The translations under genes were made by a program, and so were the position numbers. The notes beneath the pieces were generated by a model. That model did not search any database. It saw nothing but the letters and a program-made list of their open reading frames with translations, and was not told the DNA's origin. From NCBI GenBank assembly GCA_963980225.1, contig CAXBYW010000001.1, positions 99,301 through 163,300 on the forward strand: a DNA stretch of 64,000 nt, read 5' to 3'. The stretch comes from an uncultured bacterium. GTDB lineage: Bacteria > Patescibacteriota > Microgenomatia > UBA1400 > MFAQ01. Positions 46,860 to 57,783 of this stretch are shown piece by piece; positions within the stretch are counted from its first letter, which is position 1; each line of letters opens with the position of its first letter.

Positions 46860-47253
46860 GTTAGACTTCACTAAAGCCCCAGACATAGAAAAAGAGATCA
46901 AAAAAATCGTCAAAAACCTAGACTTAAAACACATAGATGCAAGCAATGTCAGTGCCTTTAGGTCAACCGGTTCCAAAGCCAGAGCTAGAGCGAGAATCTA
47001 CGCCATGCCTCGAATCTGGCAACAGGCCTTAAAGGTTGGCCCCCATTACTGTATAGAGTTTCTCTGTGAACATTTTGACAACTTAAAGTGGTCTCACCAG
47101 CAAAGAGTAATAATCCACGAGCTTTTACATATCCCCAAGACATTTTCAGGAGCCTTAGTCCCCCATAGGGGTAGGGGACGATCTCATCAAGTCACTCATG
47201 GAGTAGTTGAAAGACTGTACAAAAGATACAAAAAAACACTAAAAGAAAAATGA
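46852..47253 (+). CDS. Putative metallopeptidase
   Basis: HELLHIP zinc motif. Confidence 0.7.
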   Translation: MPKLDFTKAPDIEKEIKKIVKNLDLKHIDASNVSAFRSTGSKARARARIYAMPRIWQQALKVGPHYCIEFLCEHFDNLKWSHQQRVIIHELLHIPKTFSGALVPHRGRGRSHQVTHGVVERLYKRYKKTLKEK

Positions 47254-47927
47254 TCGTTATTCACGGGACAGATCAAGTTTCCATTCAAAACAAACTAGAC
47301 GAGCTTTTAAGCACGGCTAGAGACAAAGGTCTTGAAATAGAAAAACAAGAAGCCAAAGATCTTTCTCCTGCTACTCTTTCCCAAGGTCTGACTCCTTCAA
47401 GTCTTTTTTCAAATTCTCGACTCATTGTAATCAACTCTCTTTTATCACTCCCTCAGTCAAACATCAAAAAAAAACTCATCGACATACTAAAAAAGACAAG
47501 CAACAAAGAACTACTTCTTTACGAAACAAAAAATGTTCACCCTGCCACCTTAAAGTCCCTTCCTACTACTCAAGTTTTTCACTTTAAAGAAAGCCCGCTG
47601 ATATTTAAGTTTTTAGATGAGATTAAACCAAACAATCCTCAACGAGCTATCGACACTTTAAGAGAAATAGTAAAAAATAGGCAACCACTAGGAATGCTTT
47701 TTTTTATGCTGACAAGACATGTGAGGCAGCTCATTCAAATAAAGACTCCTGGATCACTAAGATTAGCTCCGTGGCAACTAGGTAAGATAACTAAACAATC
47801 CTCTCTTTTTACCACCGATCAGCTAATTAGCCTACATAAAAAACTTTACGAAATTGACAAGAGACAAAAACTTTCACAAGTTAAGAGCCTGGAAACAGAG
47901 TTAGAGCACCTTCTTCTTTCTTTGTAG
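47250..47927 (+). CDS. holA: DNA polymerase III delta subunit-like (short)
   Basis: IHG.D, SLFS..RLIVI, IFKFLD, L.EID..QK. Confidence 0.65.
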   Translation: MIVIHGTDQVSIQNKLDELLSTARDKGLEIEKQEAKDLSPATLSQGLTPSSLFSNSRLIVINSLLSLPQSNIKKKLIDILKKTSNKELLLYETKNVHPATLKSLPTTQVFHFKESPLIFKFLDEIKPNNPQRAIDTLREIVKNRQPLGMLFFMLTRHVRQLIQIKTPGSLRLAPWQLGKITKQSSLFTTDQLISLHKKLYEIDKRQKLSQVKSLETELEHLLLSL

Positions 47928-47986
47928 AGACTTCCAATAGATCTATTTTACATCGAAAAACCGGGGTCATAAATCAAGGTTTTTGC

Positions 47987-49177
47987 TTACTGCCATCTTT
48001 TATCTTGTCTAACCAAAAGGTCCTTTGCTTTCGTTTTGTCGAGCATTAACTCACAAACAATTTTCTCCATTCTATAAAATTGAGACCCTTTTACGTATAT
48101 TGTTTGATTATTTAGTTTGGCTATGTAGTTTTCAGAATTAGCAATTTTTTGGTATTTCTTTTTTAAGTATCTACTATATAGATTTTCCTCATCTCCCACT
48201 AACACCAGCGTAGACTCAACTTTATTTAAAAATTCTGCGATCCTCTTATGCTGATCCTTTTTACTTTTTCCAGTTTCTCGTAGTGGTGATAAGAAAATAG
48301 TTAATCTTGTTTTTCGTTCTTTACTTAATCTTGTTGCATACTCTATGCCTCGGATCACACTTTCATCACAAACTGCATTATACGAATCATCAACAATCAA
48401 GCATTTCTCAGCACCTTGAATAAGCTTAAGCCTACCCTTAAGTTTTTTTATTTTCCTTAACCCTTGTATAAAATCTTTTTTGGAAAAATCAAAATGATCC
48501 CGAACGATCTTATAAATCCCCGCTAGGTAGTCTTGGTCATGTTTTGGTAGACCAAGATCATTTATTATTTTCTTTAAGTCATCTGTCAGATCATCAAGAC
48601 TATAGTAAATAATTTCCCCTACCTTCTTGGTCATTAGCTCTTTATCATCACTATTTACATAGCCTAGTTTTCTATTAGAGTTCCTGATAGCAATCAAGTT
48701 TTCTCCGATCACATTATCTATATTTTTTAGAAACTGCAAGTGTTCTTTTTCTAACTTGGTTAACATAACAAAATCTGGTTTTAGAAAGTCTGTCACTTCT
48801 TTCATCTCCCCAAGCTTGTCAATTCCTAGCTCAGCCACCATTATGTTTTGATCAGTTAAGTTATTCACAATATTTAAAGATAACCCCAACTTGGTATTCA
48901 AGGTTCCTTCAAGCACTCTTTTTTTAGTAGAAAGTATTTGGGTCAAATAAGCTCTAGCAGTAGACTTACCTACACTACCTGCAACCCCCACAATAACGGG
49001 TTTAGTTTTTCTCAACTGCTTTTGCGCTAATTTATAGAACTTTTTTTCTTCTAAGATTCCCGCCGCACCCGCATCTATAGCTGCGTCAATAAAGTCATAT
49101 CCATCAAAATGTATTCCCTTGATGGGCACAAAGTAATCTCCTGCCCTAATCAGTCTACTGTCTAAACAAACTTTCAT
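47987..49177 (-). CDS. Mur ligase (MurF-like, compact)
   Basis: DSR, GSVGKST, AELG, EH, DDSYNA, KGSQ. Confidence 0.75.
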   Translation of the reverse strand: MKVCLDSRLIRAGDYFVPIKGIHFDGYDFIDAAIDAGAAGILEEKKFYKLAQKQLRKTKPVIVGVAGSVGKSTARAYLTQILSTKKRVLEGTLNTKLGLSLNIVNNLTDQNIMVAELGIDKLGEMKEVTDFLKPDFVMLTKLEKEHLQFLKNIDNVIGENLIAIRNSNRKLGYVNSDDKELMTKKVGEIIYYSLDDLTDDLKKIINDLGLPKHDQDYLAGIYKIVRDHFDFSKKDFIQGLRKIKKLKGRLKLIQGAEKCLIVDDSYNAVCDESVIRGIEYATRLSKERKTRLTIFLSPLRETGKSKKDQHKRIAEFLNKVESTLVLVGDEENLYSRYLKKKYQKIANSENYIAKLNNQTIYVKGSQFYRMEKIVCELMLDKTKAKDLLVRQDKRWQ

Positions 49178-49935
49178 GTTGTCTTTTCATTAACATAAAT
49201 AGCAGTTCCATAACCACTAAATTCCATTTCACAAAATGCTCGAGTTGGTTGCAAGAAAACCACTTTAGACTCAGTCTTAGAGTAAGGATCAACTATGTAG
49301 TACCAATCTTCATTTTTAAAATGAATAACATCTGTTAATAAAACCACATGAGTAGGTGGCGCTCCTTTATTGGGCTCCCAGGCAGTCACAGAACTTTTAA
49401 CCGAGGCCATAAATACCCCTCCCTCCTTAAGGATGTGCGTCAACCTCTTTTCTGATAGTTTGTCTTTAGGGTCTCCTAATTTCTCTGCTTTTATTCCAAA
49501 TTCAGCAAACAAAGCTAGTGAGCCTCGGTGATCATAACCTGTGTTTAGGGAAAAAACAGGTTTGTATTGGTTATCATTATTTTTATTTACAGATAAAAGT
49601 TGCAAATTATTATCCTTTTCTATGTTCTCCATCATGTTTTTGCGAATATTTGTACCAACCGGTATCACAATTTTTTGTTTATCATATGTTGCTTGGACCC
49701 AATAGTTCTTGTCGTGTTTAGGAACCTGGTGAAGGTTGCATGCCACACTCAAAACGTCTAAAGGTAAAACATTTTGATGTTTTAGTGATATCGCCATAGT
49801 CGCTGTTGTAATCCCACAAGTGACTTTCGTTACAACATTCCAAGGAAAACTGTGCAGTTGTGAGTAATATTTAAGTGAGTCTGCTTGAAGCGGGCGTTTT
49901 AACACACTCTCATTTTTTAGTTCTTGTTTACTCAT
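49174..49935 (-). CDS. C39-like cysteine peptidase fold protein
   Basis: YYSQ, TCGIT.A.MA, THVVL, VDP. Confidence 0.55.
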   Translation of the reverse strand: MSKQELKNESVLKRPLQADSLKYYSQLHSFPWNVVTKVTCGITTATMAISLKHQNVLPLDVLSVACNLHQVPKHDKNYWVQATYDKQKIVIPVGTNIRKNMMENIEKDNNLQLLSVNKNNDNQYKPVFSLNTGYDHRGSLALFAEFGIKAEKLGDPKDKLSEKRLTHILKEGGVFMASVKSSVTAWEPNKGAPPTHVVLLTDVIHFKNEDWYYIVDPYSKTESKVVFLQPTRAFCEMEFSGYGTAIYVNEKTT

Positions 49936-50031
49936 TTATTTTACAAGTATACCTTTCTGGTAGCGAAATAGTCCAGATAACTCATTTTTTTCTTGATAAT
50001 CTTGTGTATACTTAAAACATACTTTCTGCCC

Positions 50032-51120
50032 ATGAAACATATACTTGACCAAGAAAAGACCTTAAAGAAACTTGACCCCGACAAGGTCTATGACTCAATC
50101 ACCATGTTCCCTGTACAGCTTAAAGAAGCTTGGGAAGAAGCTAGTATTCAAACTATTAAAGGTAAATTTACCGGGATAAATAAAGTCTGTATTGTTGGCA
50201 TGGGTGGCTCTGCTTTAGCCGGAAGAATAATTGAACACTTAAGCCCAGCCTTAACCAGCCTACCTGTCTTTGTCTCAAGCAACTACCGTCTTCCCGCTTG
50301 GGTTGACTCCAGCACACTAGTAATGGTCTCTAGCTACTCCGGAAACACGGAGGAAACAGTTTCCTCATTCCAGGATGCCATAGTTAGAAAAGCCAAAATA
50401 TTTGTTATTGCATCAGGTGGTAAATTAGAACAACTTGCTATAAAAAACAACTTAAACATATTCCGCTTAGACACTAAAAGAAATCCTAGTGGCATGCCTA
50501 GACTAGCTCTAGGATCATCTCTAGGAGCCCATTTAGGCCTATTACAGAGGCTAAATGTATTAAAAGGAAGCGAGTTAGACATTGATTCAATCTCAGGTTC
50601 ATTAAACAACATGGCCTCATGCCTATCAAACCAGAAAAACATAAAAAACAATCCTGCTAAGATCTTGGCTAATAAAACCAAGGGTAAGTCTATCGTCATT
50701 TTTTCTGCCAACCACCTAAACGGCTCTGCTTACGCAGCCAAAAACCAGATCAACGAGTCAGCCAAAACCTTTAGCGTTAACTTTCACTTACCAGATATAA
50801 ACCATCACTTACTAGAGGGATTATCTCTACCTAAACCATTTAAACAACTAACACATTTTATTTTACTAAACTCTGAAAGCTATCCTCAAAAAATCAAGGA
50901 TCGTTTATTAATAACCAAAGAGGTTCTAACCAAACAAGGTTATCCTGTCACCATCATCAAGCCAGAATCAACCTCTATGGTAGATCAGGCCCTAGAAACA
51001 ATTCTTTTCTTTGAATACTTTAGTTTCTACCTAGCTATGGTTAGTAATGTAAACCCCGGACCCATTCCTTGGGTTGACTACTTTAAAAAAAGACTGGAAA
51101 GTCCTCTCCAAATCAAGTAA
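50032..51120 (+). CDS. Bifunctional phosphoglucose/phosphomannose isomerase (SIS)
   Basis: GMGGSA, SYSGNTEET, QINESAK; ATG 50032 preferred. Confidence 0.88.
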   Translation: MKHILDQEKTLKKLDPDKVYDSITMFPVQLKEAWEEASIQTIKGKFTGINKVCIVGMGGSALAGRIIEHLSPALTSLPVFVSSNYRLPAWVDSSTLVMVSSYSGNTEETVSSFQDAIVRKAKIFVIASGGKLEQLAIKNNLNIFRLDTKRNPSGMPRLALGSSLGAHLGLLQRLNVLKGSELDIDSISGSLNNMASCLSNQKNIKNNPAKILANKTKGKSIVIFSANHLNGSAYAAKNQINESAKTFSVNFHLPDINHHLLEGLSLPKPFKQLTHFILLNSESYPQKIKDRLLITKEVLTKQGYPVTIIKPESTSMVDQALETILFFEYFSFYLAMVSNVNPGPIPWVDYFKKRLESPLQIK

Positions 51121-51130
51121 TATAACTAAA

Positions 51131-52465
51131 ATGAAATCACTTTTTGGCACCAGCGGAATTAGAGGGAAAGTAATAGAAGTTTTTACTAACCAGTTTTGCT
51201 TTGACATGGGTAGAACTTTCGCCAAATTCCTAGACAACCACGATCAACCAGGTTTGGTTGCTATGGGCATCGACTCCAGAGAAAGTAGTCCTAGAATCTC
51301 CAAGTACGTAATAGAGGGTTTAAAGTCATCAGGACGTCAAGTTTCATATCACGGAGCCGTTCCCGTTCCTGCCTGCCACAATACCATTCTCTCGACTCCT
51401 GCTGTAGGTAGTGTTATGGTCACCGGCTCACACATCGATCTTGAGTCAAACGGGGTCAAGTTCTTTGCCTTCAAGGAAGAAATCAGTAAAGAAAACGAGC
51501 AGGAAATTACCAATATCTACTACCAACTAAAAGACCAGGTTGCTTGTCCCACCAATGATCCAGAGCAACTACCACTAGATCCAGCTGGTTTAAAAAACTA
51601 CATCGACCTACTTATCTCTTTGTCAAAAAATACATCTAAAAAAAGCTATAAAATCGTAGCCGATCCAGGTAACGGCGTTCAGACAGAGGTCTTACGTACC
51701 GTCCTACCTAAACTAGGCCATGAACTAATAATGATAAATGGTGATCTTAAAAAAGAGCTTTTAAGCCGAGACACAGAAGCAGATGGTTCCTTTAAAGATC
51801 TCCAAGACGCAGTCATAAAGAATAAAGCTGATCTAGGCATGGGTTTTGATACCGACGGTGACCGGGTTATCTTCATCGACCATCTAGGTAACTTCATTCC
51901 CGGGGACTACTCCGGCACCTTAATCGCCAAAAACCATCCCAGCGACACTATAGTCACTCCTGTAAACGTAAGTAATGTAATAGAAAGTATTGGTAAGAAG
52001 ATCATCAGAACCAAGGTCGGTTCACCTTTTGTCGTCGCTGCCATGAAAGATAATCAGGCTGGTTTCGGTTTTGAAAGCAATGGTGGGGGAGTATATAAAG
52101 ACGTCATGTTAAGTAGAGATGCCGGAAACAGCGTGATAAGTATCTTAAACATATTAAGTTCTTCCAAGAAGACTTTGTCAGAGCTAGTCTCAGAGTTACC
52201 TAAGTACTACATTAGAAAACAAAAATTCGACTGTCCCACAGAGAAAAATAGTCTGATTCTAGAAAAGGCCAAAGATTTTACTTCAACAAAATCAGTCGAC
52301 ACTACCGACGGACTTAAATTAATCATTGACGATCATAACTGGGTTCTTTTTAGACCGTCAAGTAACGCTCCAGAGTTCAGGGTCTTTGTAGAAGCAGACT
52401 CACAGCAAAAAGCAGACAAGCTTCTATCTGATGCCCTTGAGTACGCAAAAAACTTGATCAAGTAG
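51131..52465 (+). CDS. Phosphoglucomutase/phosphomannomutase family
   Basis: FGTSGIRG, TGSH, FDTDGDR, RPSSNAPEFR. Confidence 0.9.
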   Translation: MKSLFGTSGIRGKVIEVFTNQFCFDMGRTFAKFLDNHDQPGLVAMGIDSRESSPRISKYVIEGLKSSGRQVSYHGAVPVPACHNTILSTPAVGSVMVTGSHIDLESNGVKFFAFKEEISKENEQEITNIYYQLKDQVACPTNDPEQLPLDPAGLKNYIDLLISLSKNTSKKSYKIVADPGNGVQTEVLRTVLPKLGHELIMINGDLKKELLSRDTEADGSFKDLQDAVIKNKADLGMGFDTDGDRVIFIDHLGNFIPGDYSGTLIAKNHPSDTIVTPVNVSNVIESIGKKIIRTKVGSPFVVAAMKDNQAGFGFESNGGGVYKDVMLSRDAGNSVISILNILSSSKKTLSELVSELPKYYIRKQKFDCPTEKNSLILEKAKDFTSTKSVDTTDGLKLIIDDHNWVLFRPSSNAPEFRVFVEADSQQKADKLLSDALEYAKNLIK

Positions 52466-52489
52466 ATTATTTAAGAAAAAACTTGTTGA

Positions 52490-52702
52490 TTACTCCAATT
52501 CTGGAATATCTTCTCCGCGAAGGACAGCCGTTACAATCGATACGGCATCTTCATCCAACTCTATCCCTTCAAATTCGCCATTCTCCAACATATTGGCTAA
52601 ATCCAAGAATTTTTCTTCTGTGGGAGTAGGTGTTTCAGAGGTTACTGCAATTAAGGTTGGTACTAAAAGGTCTCCCTTTATTTTTTTTAATTTAGGTTCC
52701 AT
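52490..52702 (-). CDS. Small acidic hypothetical protein
   Basis: 70-aa ORF filling the intergenic gap. Confidence 0.45.
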   Translation of the reverse strand: MEPKLKKIKGDLLVPTLIAVTSETPTPTEEKFLDLANMLENGEFEGIELDEDAVSIVTAVLRGEDIPELE

Positions 52703-52813
52703 GTTGATAGGAGTATATTTAGCCAGAGAAATAATGTCAAGGAAATAAATTTAGTATTCAAAACATGTTTAGAGGTCATATGTAACAAATAGGATTTTGT
52801 GTATACTGTTTGT

Positions 52814-55108
52814 ATGCCTCCTGCCCTGGTACTGCCATTCAAAAAAATTGATAAAAATGATATCCCATTAGTCGGTGGTAAGGCTGCCAATTTAGGTGAG
52901 ATGGTTCAAGCAGGTTTTCCTGTTCCTAATGGTTTCTGTGTAACTTCATACAGTTACCAACTGCTAATAAAGGAAAACAATCTTTTAGAGACGATTAAAG
53001 GTATCTTAAAAGTTACCGATATTCACAATAGTGGACAGCTTCAAAAAGCGAGCAATAAAATCATGGCTTTAATAAAAAAAGCCAAGATTCCTCAGGAACT
53101 TTCCACTGAAATATTCAAGTCCTACAAAACTTTAACTAAAGACAACAAAAACCCTTTAGTTGCTGTCAGATCTTCAGCAACAGCTGAAGACTTACCTGAT
53201 GCTTCTTTTGCTGGACAACAAGACTCATTTTTAAATATAAAGGGGGAGGCTAATCTGATCCAGACCATTAGAGACGCTTGGGCCTCACTTTTTGGTGCCA
53301 GGGCCATTTTTTACCGGGCAACCAAGGGTTTTGACCACTTTAAAGTCAGTTTAGCGGTACCTGTCCAACTAATGGTGCAGTCAGACATCTCAGGTGTAGC
53401 TTTCTCGATCAACCCTGTCACCAACAACAAGAACCAGATAATCATTGAGGCTGGCTGGGGTTTGGGAGACTATATTGTCCAAGGCGTTGTCACTCCCGAC
53501 CACTATATCGTCAACAAAGACACCCTTACCATTCACTCTCGTCAAGTAATTCCTCAAAAAGTGATGGAGGTCTACAAATACCCTAGTGGAGTTAAAAAAC
53601 AAAAGGTAAAGAAATCAAACATTCCTTTACAAAAACTACCGGATACGTTAATTGTCAAATTGGCCAAAATAGTGGATAGTATCCAAAAGCACTACTACTT
53701 CCCTCAAGACATTGAGTGGGCTCTAGAAAAAGGCAATCTATACATCACCCAATCTAGGCCGATTACTACCATCTCAGTTGCCACTAACTCTAAAGCAAAG
53801 TATCAAACCTCAGATCTCAGTAAACTTAAGATAATTCTTCAAGGTCAAGCAGCCTCCCCGGGTGTTGGTGTTGGTAAGGTAGTCAAAGTAAAAGGTTCCA
53901 AAGATCTCGGTAAAATCAAGACAGGAGACATCCTCGTAGCAGAAATGACCTCACCAGACTTCGTCCCTGCTATGAAAAAAGCTGCTGGTATCATCACTGA
54001 TAAAGGTGGTCAGACTAGTCATGCAGCCATCGTTTCAAGAGAACTTGGAGTTCCAGCCATAGTCGGCACCACTACAGGAATGGCTACGCTTAAAGTCTCT
54101 CAGCTGCTGACCATAGATGGTTCTACTGGTAATATTTATGACGGTAAGCCTAAAAGTGAACCACGTATACTGAAAAAAAAGTCCACCAAAAAAGTATCTA
54201 AACTTGGCGTAGAACCTATTAAGACAGCCACCAAGATATACGTCAACTTAGCTGAGCCAGACTTGGCTGGAACCATTGCTGCCAAAAACTCTGATGGAGT
54301 AGGACTGTTAAGAGCAGAGTTCATGATTGCTCAGATAGGTACTCACCCCAAGAAACTAATTGCCGACAAAAAAGGCTATGTATTCACCGAACAACTTACT
54401 CAAGGGTTGCTAAAATTCACCCAAAGTTTTGGTGATCGTCCAGTTGTCTATCGCACCACTGACTTTAAAACTAACGAATACAGAAACCTACTTGGCGGAG
54501 AAGCATTTGAGCCTCAAGAAGCCAACCCCATGATTGGCTACCGGGGTGTTCACAGATATCTCCATGATCAATCAGTCTTCGAGCTAGAATTAGAAGCCAT
54601 TAAAAGAGTTAGAAATAAATATGGCTACAAAAATCTCCACCTAATGCTTCCTTTTGTTCGTACAGTAGATCAACTGATCAAGGCCAAGAGTCTTATCTCC
54701 TCCGTGGGACTTAATCGCTCACCTAGCTTCAAACTTTGGATGATGGTAGAGATTCCTTCAAATGTAATACTACTAGATGAATTCATTAAAGTCGGCATAG
54801 ATGGGGTGTCCATTGGCACCAACGACCTAACAATGTTAATTCTAGGAACAGATAGAGACAATGAAACTGTTGCTGACGTCTACGACGAAAGAAACCCAGC
54901 CGTTCTTTGGGCCTTAGAAAAAATCATAAAGACCGCCAACAAACACGGTATTACTTCTAGCATTTGTGGCCAAGCTCCTAGCCTGTATCCTGACCTAACT
55001 GCCAAACTGGTAGAGTGGGGGATTACTTCAGTTTCCGTCTCTCCAGACATGCTAGACAGAACTCATGAAATTGTATCTCTATCAGAAAAAAGACTACTAA
55101 AAAAATAA
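52814..55108 (+). CDS. ppsA: Phosphoenolpyruvate synthase
   Basis: GGKAANLGE, VRSSATAED, TSHAAIVSRE, SIGTNDL, CGQ. Confidence 0.95.
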   Translation: MPPALVLPFKKIDKNDIPLVGGKAANLGEMVQAGFPVPNGFCVTSYSYQLLIKENNLLETIKGILKVTDIHNSGQLQKASNKIMALIKKAKIPQELSTEIFKSYKTLTKDNKNPLVAVRSSATAEDLPDASFAGQQDSFLNIKGEANLIQTIRDAWASLFGARAIFYRATKGFDHFKVSLAVPVQLMVQSDISGVAFSINPVTNNKNQIIIEAGWGLGDYIVQGVVTPDHYIVNKDTLTIHSRQVIPQKVMEVYKYPSGVKKQKVKKSNIPLQKLPDTLIVKLAKIVDSIQKHYYFPQDIEWALEKGNLYITQSRPITTISVATNSKAKYQTSDLSKLKIILQGQAASPGVGVGKVVKVKGSKDLGKIKTGDILVAEMTSPDFVPAMKKAAGIITDKGGQTSHAAIVSRELGVPAIVGTTTGMATLKVSQLLTIDGSTGNIYDGKPKSEPRILKKKSTKKVSKLGVEPIKTATKIYVNLAEPDLAGTIAAKNSDGVGLLRAEFMIAQIGTHPKKLIADKKGYVFTEQLTQGLLKFTQSFGDRPVVYRTTDFKTNEYRNLLGGEAFEPQEANPMIGYRGVHRYLHDQSVFELELEAIKRVRNKYGYKNLHLMLPFVRTVDQLIKAKSLISSVGLNRSPSFKLWMMVEIPSNVILLDEFIKVGIDGVSIGTNDLTMLILGTDRDNETVADVYDERNPAVLWALEKIIKTANKHGITSSICGQAPSLYPDLTAKLVEWGITSVSVSPDMLDRTHEIVSLSEKRLLKK

Positions 55109-55109
55109 A

Positions 55110-56411
55110 ATGGCCATAATAAAAGCAGTTAGAGCCAGAGAAATACTAGACTCGCGAGGTAACCCTACAATAGAGACAAGTGTCTGGTCAGGTGATATTG
55201 GAGCTACGGCCACCATTCCTTCTGGTGCATCAGTGGGAGACAAAGAAGCATTAGAGTTAAGAGACAAGGATCCTAGTAGGTTTCAAGGTAAGGGTGTCTT
55301 AAAAGCCGTCCAACTAGTCAACCAAACCATAAGCAAGTATCTAATCGGACAAGATCCAACTAAACAGAATGCCATCGACCAAATGCTCATAAATCTAGAT
55401 GGTACTAAAAATAAATCCAAACTTGGTGCCAACACCATCCTTTCCGTTTCACAAGCTGTCTTTGAGCTAGGAGCTAGAATTTCTTCAATGCAAACATATC
55501 AATACGTTCAAGCCAAATATGGATTACATCAACCAACCGCCGCTAGTCTCCCAACACCAATGTTTAACATAATAAATGGGGGCAAGCATGGAGACGGCAA
55601 CCTAGACTTTCAGGAATATCATGTCATTCCATCAAGTAAACTAGACTTTAAACAATCACTAAGAATAGGTGATGAAATCTACCACAAACTAAAACAACTT
55701 TTAATATCAAAAAACGCTAACTACTCTGTCGGCGACGAAGGCGGTTTTACCCCCAATCTCAATCAGAACGTAGATGCCATAAGTTTGATAATGGAAGCTA
55801 TTCAAGCCACACCTTATCAGCTAAATCAGGAAGTGTTCATGGGGTTAGACATAGCTGCCTCCGAATTTTTTAAGTCAGGTCAATATAAAATTAAGGACCG
55901 CAAAGAATCTTACTCACCAGAAGACTTTGTGAAATACTTGTTAGATCTCAAAAGTAAATTCGGTCACATCTTACTCGAAGATCCACTTGATCAAGATAGC
56001 TGGGCAGACTGGAAAGCACTTACAGGTTTTATCGGCAGCGATACCCTTATAGTAGGAGACGATCTTCTTGTTACCCATCCAGCTCTACTAAAAAAAGCCA
56101 TAGATGAAAAAGCTTGCAACGCCGTAATAATAAAACCTAACCAAGTCGGTACGATCTCAGAAGCAGCTTCGGTAATCAAGATGGCCAAAGCAAACAATAT
56201 ATCTTGCATCGTCTCTCATCGTTCTGGTGACACCAACGAAGATTTCTTAGCCGACTTTGCTGTTGGAGTTGGTGCCGACTACGTTAAGTTTGGTGCACCT
56301 GTTAGGGGTGAGAGAACCAGCAAGTACAACCGCCTATCACTAATTCAAGAATATCTTACCTTAGGAGCTTCTCCTTCTCCAAACGCCACAAAAGCACCAG
56401 CTCGCCCTTAA
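55110..56411 (+). CDS. eno: Enolase
   Basis: DSRGNPT, GDEGGF, IKPNQVG, SHRSG, ERTSKYN. Confidence 0.96.
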   Translation: MAIIKAVRAREILDSRGNPTIETSVWSGDIGATATIPSGASVGDKEALELRDKDPSRFQGKGVLKAVQLVNQTISKYLIGQDPTKQNAIDQMLINLDGTKNKSKLGANTILSVSQAVFELGARISSMQTYQYVQAKYGLHQPTAASLPTPMFNIINGGKHGDGNLDFQEYHVIPSSKLDFKQSLRIGDEIYHKLKQLLISKNANYSVGDEGGFTPNLNQNVDAISLIMEAIQATPYQLNQEVFMGLDIAASEFFKSGQYKIKDRKESYSPEDFVKYLLDLKSKFGHILLEDPLDQDSWADWKALTGFIGSDTLIVGDDLLVTHPALLKKAIDEKACNAVIIKPNQVGTISEAASVIKMAKANNISCIVSHRSGDTNEDFLADFAVGVGADYVKFGAPVRGERTSKYNRLSLIQEYLTLGASPSPNATKAPARP

Positions 56412-57072
56412 CTCCTTTTTCTCTAATCTTATCTATCACTTCACTAGCCTTTCCTCTTATAATCTCCTCAAACTTTTTTGTTAGCTCTCTAGCAATGACT
56501 ACATCAACCTCACCAAACTCACCTTTAATCTCTTCTAGTGTCTTACTTACACTTCTGGCTGGTTCATAAATTGCCAAAGTCATTCCCATTGATGTAAAAG
56601 ACTTGGCTGCAGTCCAGTATCTTTCTCTTTTTGACTTCTTTTTAGGTAAAAACCCCAAAAACAATAACTTATCAGTAGATAATCCAGATAAACAAACAGC
56701 TGTTGTCAAGGCTGTTGGCCCTGGCACACTACTTATCTCTCCTCCCATACCAACAACTTCTTTCACCAATCTAAATCCTGGATCAGAGATACTTGGCATA
56801 CCTGCGTCACTTACCAACAAAACCTCATCAAAATTTTGAATCTCTCCAATTAGTTCAAGTGCTTTTTTCTTCTCATTGAAATCATTTATCACCTCTAGTT
56901 TTCCTGAAAACTCCCCTGTTAAATATCCCAAACTCACTAGTTTTAACCATAGTTTTCTGAACACTCTAGTATCCTCACATATCACAAATTTAGCTTGACT
57001 TAAGGCCCTAATAGCCCTTAAAGAGATGTCTTCTATGTTTCCTAGGGGTAGGCCTACCAACAACAATCTCAT
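56356..57072 (-). CDS. rsmI: 16S rRNA C1402 2'-O-methyltransferase
   Basis: PLGNIEDIS.RA, CEDTR, VSDAGMP.ISDPG, RELTK.FEE. Confidence 0.92.
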   Translation of the reverse strand: MRLLLVGLPLGNIEDISLRAIRALSQAKFVICEDTRVFRKLWLKLVSLGYLTGEFSGKLEVINDFNEKKKALELIGEIQNFDEVLLVSDAGMPSISDPGFRLVKEVVGMGGEISSVPGPTALTTAVCLSGLSTDKLLFLGFLPKKKSKRERYWTAAKSFTSMGMTLAIYEPARSVSKTLEEIKGEFGEVDVVIARELTKKFEEIIRGKASEVIDKIREKGVKGELVLLWRLEKEKLLR

Positions 57073-57074
57073 TT

Positions 57075-57692
57075 TTAGTACTTTCTTACCACTCCAACAC
57101 ACCTACCTTGAATTTTTACATTAGTAGCAAAAATAGGGGACATAGAAGAGTTGGCTGGCTCCAATCTAATTCTAGTTTTTTCTCTAAAGTATCTTTTTAA
57201 AGTTGCCAGCCCATTTTCAAGTAAAGCCACTACGATATCTCCGTTTGTCACATCATCACTTTCTGTCTCTTCTATTATTACAAAGTCTCTATCAAAGATA
57301 CCTTCCTCAATCATGGAGTCTCCTTTTACCTGCAACACAAAAGACCTTTTTTTACTACTCACCATGCTAGGTGGAATTCGAAAACTAGCATCTGGGTCTG
57401 TGTATGGTTCAATTGGTCTTCCTGCAGCGATAAAACCCATGATGGGTAGTTCCAAGGTATTAAGCTGGGACATTTTTTCATCAATAATCTCTAAACCTCT
57501 CACTGCTCCTTCAAACTTTCTAATTACTTTTTTCTTAACCAGAGCCTGTAGATGTTCATGTACGGTAGCCAAGCTTGAAACACCAATCGCGCTTGCTATC
57601 TCTTGTAGGGTGGGTGAGTATCCATTCCTCTGGATAAACTGTTTAATAAAATCAACTATCTGTCTTTGTCTTCTGTATAAAGTTACTGCCAT
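57075..57692 (-). CDS. lexA: SOS repressor LexA
   Basis: wHTH, IAAG cleavage site, GDSM (Ser), TLKR (Lys). Confidence 0.95.
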   Translation of the reverse strand: MAVTLYRRQRQIVDFIKQFIQRNGYSPTLQEIASAIGVSSLATVHEHLQALVKKKVIRKFEGAVRGLEIIDEKMSQLNTLELPIMGFIAAGRPIEPYTDPDASFRIPPSMVSSKKRSFVLQVKGDSMIEEGIFDRDFVIIEETESDDVTNGDIVVALLENGLATLKRYFREKTRIRLEPANSSMSPIFATNVKIQGRCVGVVRKY

Positions 57693-57783
57693 ACTCCATT
57701 TTTACACCAAACATTACCCAAAAGTCAACAGTATCTTTTTTAAAGAAAACACACCTTTTTGGATTTAAGCTATACTCTTTTCA

